Assembly: GCA_964627045.1 (NCBI GenBank)
Contig: CAZVIK010000001.1
Location: forward strand, 14,902 to 78,901
Length of the DNA stretch: 64,000 bases
Source of the DNA: an uncultured Solibacteraceae bacterium
GTDB taxonomy: Bacteria > Acidobacteriota > Terriglobia > Bryobacterales > Bryobacteraceae
Direction of reading: 5' to 3'
The first letter of the stretch is position 1. Each line of letters opens with the position of its first letter. Positions 1 through 8,759 of the stretch are shown one piece after another. The position numbers and the translations under genes were made by a program. Below the pieces are notes generated by a model. The model was not told where the DNA came from. It was given only the letters and a program-made list of their open reading frames with translations, and did no database searches.

Positions 1-19
1 GGCGCGGAGCGCCGCTCAG

Positions 20-1159
20 GTGCCTGGCGCGGGGGAGCGCCTCCGAATCGGCGTCATCGGTTGCGGTGGCATGGCCATGGAGCACATGAAGGCGCTGGTG
101 AAGATGCGCGAGGCCGACAACTGCGACGTGGTGGCCGTGTGCGACCTGTTCGATAAGCGCGCGCAGGCCGCCGCGCAGCTAACCGGCGGCCGCGTCTTCA
201 AGGACTACCGCGACCTGCTCGCGTTTAAAGAGGTCGACTACGTTTTGATCGCCGTGACCGAGCACTGGCACTACCGCATCGCCATGGACGCGGCTTCCGC
301 CGGTAAGCACATCTACTGCGAAAAGCCCATGACGCAGACGAGCGAACAGGCCAAGCGCCTGGTGGCGCGCGTCAACTCCACGCGCATCAAACTCCAGGTC
401 GGCGTGCAGGGGATGTCGGACGATTCCTATGAGACCGCGAACCGGTTCGTTAAGGACGGTGCGCTCGGCAAGGTGGTGGTCGCCGAGATCGATTACAGCC
501 GCAATCACCAGGACGACATCTGGATGTACGATATCGACCCCGATGCGAAGCCGGGCGTGAACCTCGACTGGAAAACCTGGCTAGGTCCGGCGCCCAAGCG
601 CGCCTGGGACCCGGAACGTTTCTTCCGTTGGCGGCGGTACTGGGATTACTCGGCCGGAATCGCCAGCGACCTGTTCATCCATCGCGTCACCCGTATCATC
701 AAGGCCCTGGATCTGAAGTTCCCAGACCGGGGCGTGGCCGCCGGGGGTAGTTGGTACTTCAAGAAGGCCGAAGTGCCCGACACGTTCAACATCATGTTGG
801 ACTACCCCGATGGCCCCACCGTCCTGCTGGTCAGTTCGCTCGCCAACGACACGGCCGTCGAGCACGTGCTGCGCGGCCACAAGGCCACCCTGCGTTTCAA
901 CCGCACCGGGTTCGTCATCGAACCACAGCGCATTTTCGCCAAAGAGATGAAGCCGGTGGAGCATAAGAAGACGGGCGCGGAAAACGTCGAACTCCACCAC
1001 CGCAACCTGATGGCGGCCATCCGGAAGAACGAGCCGCTCAAGTGCGATCACATGCTCGGCTACTACGGCGTGGTGGCCTGCGAGATGGGCGTGCTCGCCT
1101 ACCGCAAACAGCAGTACATGCGCTGGGACCGAACGCGGGAACGAATCGTCAAAGCCTGA
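20..1159 (+). CDS. Gfo/Idh/MocA family oxidoreductase (possibly 5'-partial)
   Basis: 379-aa ORF with N-terminal Rossmann motif [11 protein letters not shown] and the family EKP motif (YCEKPMTQ). The frame stays open back to base 2, so the true start (perhaps with a signal peptide) may lie upstream of the window. Confidence 0.85.
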   Translation: MPGAGERLRIGVIGCGGMAMEHMKALVKMREADNCDVVAVCDLFDKRAQAAAQLTGGRVFKDYRDLLAFKEVDYVLIAVTEHWHYRIAMDAASAGKHIYCEKPMTQTSEQAKRLVARVNSTRIKLQVGVQGMSDDSYETANRFVKDGALGKVVVAEIDYSRNHQDDIWMYDIDPDAKPGVNLDWKTWLGPAPKRAWDPERFFRWRRYWDYSAGIASDLFIHRVTRIIKALDLKFPDRGVAAGGSWYFKKAEVPDTFNIMLDYPDGPTVLLVSSLANDTAVEHVLRGHKATLRFNRTGFVIEPQRIFAKEMKPVEHKKTGAENVELHHRNLMAAIRKNEPLKCDHMLGYYGVVACEMGVLAYRKQQYMRWDRTRERIVKA

Positions 1160-1175
1160 ACGAGCGCCGCCCCGT

Positions 1176-1595
1176 TCAAAGCCGGTCGAGCGTGGCCACG
1201 TCCTGCTCGCCGCCGAAGTACTTAGCCAAGGCGTCGAGAAACACGCGGTTGTCCTCCGCCGCACGCGCAAATAGCGTCATCGACGAGCGGAACTTCAGAT
1301 CGTCGGGATAGCCGAAAATCTCGCCGATCGTGCGTCTTTCCACGGCGTTCACCAGCCCCGTGCATTCCCGCAGCCGCGGACCAAGCACCGGGTGCGCCAG
1401 ATACGCCGCGGCCTCCTCCAGCGACGAGATCGCGTAGCGCGCCGACATGGCGCTGAAGCCGAGCCCCCGGATCTGCGGGAAAACGAACCAGATCCAGTGC
1501 CCGCGCTTGCGCCCCGCGCGCAATTCCTCGACGACCGACGCATACACGCCTTCCTGGGCGTCCAGGAAACGTTGCAGGTGGAAGGGGTCTCCCAT
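1176..1595 (-). CDS. DUF1810 family protein
   Basis: Internal ATG at 1595 gives a 139-aa product starting MGDPFHLQRFLDAQ, with HWIWFVFPQIRGLGFS and SSMTLF blocks characteristic of DUF1810. The upstream 25 codons of the ORF are R/W-rich and overlap the neighbouring gene. Confidence 0.75.
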   Translation of the reverse strand: MGDPFHLQRFLDAQEGVYASVVEELRAGRKRGHWIWFVFPQIRGLGFSAMSARYAISSLEEAAAYLAHPVLGPRLRECTGLVNAVERRTIGEIFGYPDDLKFRSSMTLFARAAEDNRVFLDALAKYFGGEQDVATLDRL

Positions 1596-1599
1596 TCCC

Positions 1600-2709
1600 T
1601 CACACTTCCACCACCGCCGCGCTGACCGGTTTGCTGCCCACCGGGATCGTCGTGTACAGCGCCACCCCACGCTGCCGGCTGCGCACGATCGACCCGGGCC
1701 GCACCACCGCCATCGTCCCCGAACGCCGGCTCAGGATCAGCGCGTACCCGTCGTCGGGTGTGATGGTCACGAAATCCGGCTCTGCCCCCACCGCCACCAC
1801 CGCGATCACGCGCCGCGTTTCCGGATCCAGAATCGTCACGTCCCCGGTCGGCGCGTTGGTCACGAACAGGTATTCCGGCGACGAGGAGAACGCCATCGCG
1901 CCCGGAGCGCGGCCCGCCAGCGCGGTCTCGGCTACCTCGGTGCGGTACGGGTTCAGAATGACCACCGCGTCCATCCCGTCTCCCGTGACGAACAGCTCGC
2001 CGCCATCGTGCTTGAAGCAGAATCTCCTCGGCCGCACGGCAACCTGGAGCCGGGTGAGCACGCGCCCGTCCACCGTCTGAATCGCCGCGACTAGGCGGCG
2101 ATCCGGGTCCGCCGCCAGGGCCAGCGTCCCGTCCCGCCGCAGACACACCGCCCCGGCGGCGTCTCCGGCCTCCACCCTGTGTTGAACGCGGCCCGCGGCC
2201 AGGTCCACCAGCGAGACGGATCCCCGTGGGTGGGTGACCGCCGCGATCAGTCCACTCGGGGCGACATCGAATTCCGCCGATTCCACCGCGAGGGCAATCC
2301 GAAGGTCTACCTGGAGGCTCGCCAACGGCACGCGCAGCAACTGCGCCGGTTCGTGCAGCAACACCCAAACCGCGTCCCCCTTGGGCGGCAGGCACATCGA
2401 CGCGGGCCGTCCCGGCAGGCGCAACCGCCGCGCCACGCGGGAATCGCCCACATTCAATTCGCACAACTCGCCCGGCGCCAGTGACAGGACGTAGGCCGTG
2501 CCGCGTTCCCGACCCGCCACCACCTGGATCGGACTGGAGCCCAACGGAATGCGGCGCCGCAGCGCGAATGCCGTCAGATCCACGGCCGCCACCGAGCGGC
2601 TTTCTTCATCAGCCACCAGCGCATAGCCGGGAAACCCCGACCCCCGCCGCGGTCCGCAACCGGCCGCCGCCACCAGCGCCGCCGGGCAGAATGCGCGCCG
2701 CGAGATCAT
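1600..2709 (-). CDS. YVTN-type beta-propeller repeat lipoprotein
   Basis: Start at ATG 2709 gives MISRRAFCPAALVAAAGCG (lipobox-like). It is followed by repeated ~40-aa units of the kind seen in YVTN/40-residue beta-propeller proteins. It lies 4 nt upstream of the DUF1810 gene on the same strand. Confidence 0.65.
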   Translation of the reverse strand: MISRRAFCPAALVAAAGCGPRRGSGFPGYALVADEESRSVAAVDLTAFALRRRIPLGSSPIQVVAGRERGTAYVLSLAPGELCELNVGDSRVARRLRLPGRPASMCLPPKGDAVWVLLHEPAQLLRVPLASLQVDLRIALAVESAEFDVAPSGLIAAVTHPRGSVSLVDLAAGRVQHRVEAGDAAGAVCLRRDGTLALAADPDRRLVAAIQTVDGRVLTRLQVAVRPRRFCFKHDGGELFVTGDGMDAVVILNPYRTEVAETALAGRAPGAMAFSSSPEYLFVTNAPTGDVTILDPETRRVIAVVAVGAEPDFVTITPDDGYALILSRRSGTMAVVRPGSIVRSRQRGVALYTTIPVGSKPVSAAVVEV

Positions 2710-2798
2710 AAGTAAGTCATTGTAACGGAAGGAATAATCCCGGTCCACTGGCGGCGGTTCCCAGCGATGTGATAGGCTTTGAGATCAACCACTTCTGA

Positions 2799-3845
<1,047 letters not shown>

Positions 3846-3864
3846 CCGGTCCCGCGGGCGGGTT

Positions 3865-4983
3865 ATGGGTTCGCTGCTCCATCGCTACCGAAGCCTGACC
3901 GCGCTGTTGCTCCTGTTGTTTGCGCAACTCATCCTGGTGGCCTACCAGGTCCGAACCAGCCAAGACGTCCGGCTGTTGCGGGTTTGGGCCGTCAGCGCCG
4001 TCACCCCTTTGGCGCGGCTCCTGGGATCGGCCAGCGGCGAAACCTCCAGCCTGCTGAAAGACTACCTTCTGCTGGTGGGGGTGCAACAAGAGAACCGGCG
4101 TCTGCGCGCCGAGTTGGACCGCCTCAAGATCGAGAACCGCTTCCTGCGCTCGGAGCTTGGTACGGCCGAGCGCGCCCAGGCGCTGGCGGCGTTTCAGGCG
4201 CGCACGCCGTCCCGCACGATCGCTGCCAGGGTGATCGGCGTCGGGCCTTCGGTGGATTCGCGCGTGCTGTTGCTGGACCGCGGTTCGGACGCCGGTGTCC
4301 GCGCCGGCCAAGCCGTCATCAATGCCGACGGCATCGTGGGAAAGGTCACGGCGGCTTATCCCGCCACGGCGCACGTGATGTTGGTCACCGACGCGGGCTT
4401 CGCTGCGGGTGTCGTCAGCGCCAAAAACAAGGTTCAGGGAACGCTGCGGGGTTCCGGCGGCGCGCTCTGCCGCGTGGACCACGTGCAGAACGAAGAGAAC
4501 GTCGAAGCCGGCGAGTGGTTCTACACATCGGGCGACGACCGGCTGTTTCCGCGGGGGTTGCCGGCGGGCCGCGTGAAGTCCGTCGGACAAGGCCGGACGT
4601 TCAAGGACGTTGTTGTAGAGCCCAGCGGCATCTCTCGCGGCCTGGAGGAAGTACTTGTGGTGCTCGAAGGCGTCCACCAACAGGTTCCGGTTCCCGAGCT
4701 TCCCGCCGAGGCCGCCCCGCTGCTGCCACCGCCCGATGACGGCCCGGCGACGGCGTCAACGCCGGTGGCGGGTGTGGCAACACTGGAGACCGACGCGGAT
4801 CGCCTGGTCAACTCCTACCGGAAATCCGCCGAAGCCTCGGGCCGCCCCTTCGGCGACAACGTGAACGCCGCCAGGCCCCCGGCCGCGCCGCCCGCCGCCA
4901 CGCCGCCTCCCTCCGGCGGGAACGCCGCGAAGAAACCGTCGTCTGCAAAGCCCCCCGCCGGCAGCGGAGCGGCGCGCCCATGA
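3865..4983 (+). CDS. mreC: rod shape-determining protein MreC
   Basis: Lies between mreB and mreD. Has an N-terminal membrane anchor, a coiled-coil segment (LRAELDRLKIENRFLRSEL), the GxxxVGxV core (DGIVGKVT) and a P/A-rich C-terminal tail. Confidence 0.85.
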   Translation: MGSLLHRYRSLTALLLLLFAQLILVAYQVRTSQDVRLLRVWAVSAVTPLARLLGSASGETSSLLKDYLLLVGVQQENRRLRAELDRLKIENRFLRSELGTAERAQALAAFQARTPSRTIAARVIGVGPSVDSRVLLLDRGSDAGVRAGQAVINADGIVGKVTAAYPATAHVMLVTDAGFAAGVVSAKNKVQGTLRGSGGALCRVDHVQNEENVEAGEWFYTSGDDRLFPRGLPAGRVKSVGQGRTFKDVVVEPSGISRGLEEVLVVLEGVHQQVPVPELPAEAAPLLPPPDDGPATASTPVAGVATLETDADRLVNSYRKSAEASGRPFGDNVNAARPPAAPPAATPPPSGGNAAKKPSSAKPPAGSGAARP

Positions 4984-5516
4984 ACGACTTCGGGGGTCCC
5001 CTGTTCCCCGGTACCCGGGGCAAGAAAAAGCTCTTCCGAATCCGCCCCTGGGTGGTATTGGCCACTCCGCTGGCCGCACTGTTGTTCCAGGTGTACGTCC
5101 CGCTGTACGTGCCATTGGCACGCTACCTGGAACTGACGCTGTTGGTCACCGTGTATCTCGCGGTGTCCCGGCGCGGCCCGGTCGCCGGAGCCTTCACCGG
5201 GGCGCTGATCGGCCTGGTTCAGGACTCGCTCTCCAATCAGCCCATCGGCGTGTTCGGGATGGTGAAGACCGTCATCGGCTACGCCGCCGCCAGTCTCGGC
5301 GTCCGGCTTGACACCGAACACGCCGCCGTCCGTTTCGGCCTGGGCTGCTTCTTTTTCGCCGCTCACCAACTGCTGTACGAAGCGGCGAAGCGGGGACTGC
5401 TCGGCACGCCGTCCGGATTGCACCTGGTCCCTACGCTCCTGGCCATACTGGTAAACGGCGCCTCGGGTGTGGTGTTGTTCTTCCTGTTGGATAAACTGAG
5501 GGATAGGGAATCCTAG
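4980..5516 (+). CDS. mreD: rod shape-determining protein MreD
   Basis: ATGA start/stop overlap with mreC. 178-aa polytopic hydrophobic protein in the canonical mreBCD position. Confidence 0.75.
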   Translation: MNDFGGPLFPGTRGKKKLFRIRPWVVLATPLAALLFQVYVPLYVPLARYLELTLLVTVYLAVSRRGPVAGAFTGALIGLVQDSLSNQPIGVFGMVKTVIGYAAASLGVRLDTEHAAVRFGLGCFFFAAHQLLYEAAKRGLLGTPSGLHLVPTLLAILVNGASGVVLFFLLDKLRDRES

Positions 5517-5523
5517 GGTCCCT

Positions 5524-7413
5524 GTGCCCGTGAAGCCTTCCGACCACGACCGCGAACACATGGATATGCCTCGCGGCCTGCTGCGCCGCGACGACGTCAA
5601 GTTCGCCACCGGGCGAATCGCGTTCTTTCAGTACCTCGCCGTGGCGGTGTTCCTTTTCCTTCTGTCCGGATTCTGGGACTTGCAGGTTCGTTACCCGGAG
5701 TTCTACAGCCAGCAGGCCGAGAAGAACCGGATCAAGGCGCTCCCGGTTCCCGCGCCGCGCGGCAAGATTCTGGATCGCGACGGGCGCGTGATCGTCGACA
5801 ATCACTCGTCTTACAGCCTGATGCTGTTGCGCGAGAATCTGAAGCCGGAACAGGTCCGGCCGGTGGCCGAAGGGTTGGGACTGGTTTACGACGAGGTGGC
5901 GGCGCGGGTGCGGCGATTCCGCGCCCAGCCGCGCTATCGTCCCATCACGGTCAAAGAGGAGTTGACGCGCGGAGACCTGGCGTTCGTGGAGGCGCATCGC
6001 GGTTCCCCGGGTTTTCCCGAGATGGAAGTGATTCACGCGCAGCGGCGGCTCTACCCGAAGAGCGGGCTGGCGGCTCACGTCATTGGCTATGTCGGCGAGG
6101 TGAGCGAATCGGAGTTGAATACCGCCGAGTTTGCCAAGTACAACCAGGGCGACGTCATCGGCAAGGCCGGCGTCGAGCGATACTACAACGAGACGCTCAC
6201 CGGCGTCGATGGCCAACGCCGCGTCGTGGTGGATGTTCTCGGCAATGAACGCCAGGTGATCGGGCTGACCGAGGCGGTCCCCGGCAAACCGCTTCGCCTA
6301 ACCATCGATCTGGATCTCCAGAGCGTGGCCGAACTCGCTATGGAGGGACAGAAGGGCGCCGTGGTGGCTCTGGACCCGCGTAACGGCGAGGTTCTGGCGA
6401 TGGTCAGCCAGCCCGCCTACGATCCCAGCAAGTTCACGGGAGGCATCCGTTCGGCCGATTGGAGGGAGATCGTCGGCAACCAGGACAACCCGCTTTTAAA
6501 CCGGGCCATTCAGGCGCAGCTTGCGCCGGGCTCGACGTTCAAGCCCATCGTGGCGTTGGCCGCGTTGGAGAGCGGCATGATCGACGAGACCTTCGACGTC
6601 CACTGTCCCGGCGGCGCGAGCTTTTACGGCCGGTACTTCCGTTGCCACCTGAAGGGCGGCCACGGCACGGTGGATATGCACAAGGCCATCGTGCAGTCTT
6701 GCGACGTGTGGTTCTACAACGCCGGAAACCGGATCGGCATCGACAAGATCGCCGAGTATGCCGAGGCGACCGGCCTTGGAAGAAAGACCGGGATCGATCT
6801 GCCGCACGAAGCCGCCGGACTGGTTCCTTCCACGCAATGGAAGATCCGCACCACGCGCCAGAAATGGTACGCGGGCGAGACCATCTCGGTCGCCATCGGG
6901 CAGGGCGCCTTGACTGTGACTCCGCTGCAACTGGCGCACGCCATTGGCGGATTGGCGATGGGCGGAACCTGGTACACGCCCCACCTGGTTGCCGGGGCGA
7001 CGGCGCAGGAAACGCCTCGGCGGGCGTCCTTCAATCCGGAGAACGTAGCCAAGGTCATCTATGGGATGTTCGGCGTGGTCAACGAGGGCGGTACGGGCGC
7101 GCGCGCCAGGGTCGCCGGCATTGAAATCTGCGGGAAGACGGGGACCGCGCAGTTGGCTTCCAACGAGGCGCTAAAGGCGATGAAGGGCGGGGACGAGATG
7201 AAGGACAACGCCTGGTTTGTCGGCTTCGCTCCGCGCGAGTCACCCGAGATCGTGGTGGCCGCGCTGGTGGAGGGCGGCCTGCACGGCAGCACCGCCGCCG
7301 CGCCCATCGCGCGCGACGTCATCAAGACCTACTTCGACAAGAAGGCCGCGCGTCAGCCCGCGCCAATGGTCGCGCGCCAGTCGCCGGCCGAACCCGTCAC
7401 GGTGGGGCAGTAA
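5524..7413 (+). CDS. mrdA: penicillin-binding protein 2 (elongasome transpeptidase)
   Basis: 629 aa with an N-terminal anchor, a PBP dimerisation domain, and transpeptidase motifs STFK, SCD and KTGTAQ. Sits immediately upstream of rodA. The GTG start at 5524 is uncertain (alternative ATG at 5563). Confidence 0.9.
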   Translation: MPVKPSDHDREHMDMPRGLLRRDDVKFATGRIAFFQYLAVAVFLFLLSGFWDLQVRYPEFYSQQAEKNRIKALPVPAPRGKILDRDGRVIVDNHSSYSLMLLRENLKPEQVRPVAEGLGLVYDEVAARVRRFRAQPRYRPITVKEELTRGDLAFVEAHRGSPGFPEMEVIHAQRRLYPKSGLAAHVIGYVGEVSESELNTAEFAKYNQGDVIGKAGVERYYNETLTGVDGQRRVVVDVLGNERQVIGLTEAVPGKPLRLTIDLDLQSVAELAMEGQKGAVVALDPRNGEVLAMVSQPAYDPSKFTGGIRSADWREIVGNQDNPLLNRAIQAQLAPGSTFKPIVALAALESGMIDETFDVHCPGGASFYGRYFRCHLKGGHGTVDMHKAIVQSCDVWFYNAGNRIGIDKIAEYAEATGLGRKTGIDLPHEAAGLVPSTQWKIRTTRQKWYAGETISVAIGQGALTVTPLQLAHAIGGLAMGGTWYTPHLVAGATAQETPRRASFNPENVAKVIYGMFGVVNEGGTGARARVAGIEICGKTGTAQLASNEALKAMKGGDEMKDNAWFVGFAPRESPEIVVAALVEGGLHGSTAAAPIARDVIKTYFDKKAARQPAPMVARQSPAEPVTVGQ

Positions 7414-7417
7414 CGGC

Positions 7418-8509
7418 ATGTCGGAATACCGCTCCTCACGCGATCTGGACTGGCCGCTGGTTCTGCTGGCGGTTGTCCTTTCGGCTTTCGGGATCCTCCA
7501 GATCTATTCGGCCACCGCCGGCACGGTCTGGAAGGACGCCTGGTGGAAACAGACACTGTTTCTGGCGGCCGGCTTCGCCGTCATGCAGGTATTGGCAAGG
7601 ATCGATTACCACCGGCTTCTCGAACATGTTCCGCTCTTTTACCTTGTCAGCGTCGCCACCCTGCTCGGTGTGATGCTCGTCGGGCGGCAGGTGTTCGGGT
7701 CGCGACGTTGGATCCCGTTGCCCGGAGGATTCACTTTTCAGGTGTCGGAATTCGTTAAACTAGTGATAGTACTGCTGGCGGCGCGATACCTGAGCGAAAT
7801 GAAGGGCGACCGGCCCACGCTCCGGGACTTCCTGAAGCTAGGCGCCTTGGTCGCGCTGCCGATGATGCTGGTCATGAAGCAGCCCGATTTGGGGACGTCG
7901 CTCACCTACGCGGCCATCGCCGGGGCGGGCATCTTCTTCGCCGGGCTGCGGTGGCAGCACACCGTGGCGATCGTGCTCCTGGGAATCCTGGCCCTGCCGG
8001 TGGGCTGGATGTTCCTGAAGGACTATCAGAAGGCCCGTTTGACTTCGTTTCTGAATCCGGGCAGCGACCCGTTGAACACGGGTTACCAGGTCATTCAATC
8101 GAAGATCGCCGTCGGCAGCGGCGGCATGTGGGGCAAGGGAGTCACCCGGGGCAGCCAGACGCAGTTGCGGTTTCTGCCGGTGGCCCACACGGATTTCATT
8201 CTCTCGGCCTTTGCCGAGGAACACGGGTTTGTTGGAGTTGCTGTCGTCTTGAGCCTGTATTTCCTTATGCTGATGCAGATCGTGCAGAATGCGCAGGCCG
8301 CCCCGGACAGGGCCGGCATGTACGTCTGCATGGGTGTCGGCGCGTTGTTGCTGTTTCATTTGCTGGTGAATACCGGAATGCTGGTGGGGCGGATGATCGT
8401 TACCGGAGTCCCGCTGCCGCTGATGAGCTATGGCGGGTCCAGCATGTTGACGGTGTTCATGATGCTGGGGCTGGTCAACAACGTCCGGCTTCAGCGGTTC
8501 GTGAATTGA
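7418..8509 (+). CDS. rodA: peptidoglycan glycosyltransferase RodA (SEDS family)
   Basis: ATG at 7418, 4 nt after the mrdA stop, gives a 363-aa polytopic protein with SEDS blocks (QPDLGT, GYQVIQSKIAVGSGG, AHTDFI, PLPLMSYGGSS). The annotated ORF start at 7217 is an out-of-frame overlap with mrdA. Confidence 0.9.
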   Translation: MSEYRSSRDLDWPLVLLAVVLSAFGILQIYSATAGTVWKDAWWKQTLFLAAGFAVMQVLARIDYHRLLEHVPLFYLVSVATLLGVMLVGRQVFGSRRWIPLPGGFTFQVSEFVKLVIVLLAARYLSEMKGDRPTLRDFLKLGALVALPMMLVMKQPDLGTSLTYAAIAGAGIFFAGLRWQHTVAIVLLGILALPVGWMFLKDYQKARLTSFLNPGSDPLNTGYQVIQSKIAVGSGGMWGKGVTRGSQTQLRFLPVAHTDFILSAFAEEHGFVGVAVVLSLYFLMLMQIVQNAQAAPDRAGMYVCMGVGALLLFHLLVNTGMLVGRMIVTGVPLPLMSYGGSSMLTVFMMLGLVNNVRLQRFVN

Positions 8510-8759
8510 AGCGAGGCACGGTTTTCAGAGGTAACCGGGACGAACGGTTTTTGGCAGGACGCGCCGGGGTGGCGGACGTTGCGAGGCGGCCGGAGGGCTG
8601 CTCCAGTTCGCGGCCCCAGCCCCCGCCGGGCCACCGAGGGTTGGCCTCAGCGACTGGGCGCGCGGCAGTTCCCAGGTTTGTGATCCGCCCGGAGGCGGAT
8701 TGAGTCTTCGGTCCTTTGCGGCGCTGTGCTCCTTGCTTCTCCTGAGGTGAGGAGTATCC

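Noticed and set aside
1349-2464. 371-aa Arg/Gly/Pro-rich ORF, and similar long shadow ORFs elsewhere (e.g. 9285-10304, 19160-20821, 23305-25242, 37233-38789, 46257-47837, 53058-54185, 60334-61470, 61598-62827)
   Set aside because: All of them overlap, in another frame or on the other strand, genes with clear family signatures. Their extreme R/G/P/A composition marks them as GC-driven open frames rather than genes.
4690-4983. P/A-rich C-terminal ~95 aa of MreC, considered as a separate gene or mis-fused ORF
   Set aside because: It is continuous in frame with the MreC core. Low-complexity P/A tails are common on MreC homologs, and mreD starts by ATGA overlap at its end.
7217-7417. N-terminal extensions offered by the ORF track for rodA, and likewise for 10877 (secreted protein), 34063 (permease), 34808 (ANL-like), 43456-44541 (DUF1080), 46371 (isomerase), 55130 (rnj), 61442 (kpsF) and 33217 (epimerase)
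   Set aside because: The extensions overlap upstream genes or are R/P/S-rich. Internal starts give canonical N-termini or signal peptides, better SD spacing, or ATGA-type coupling.
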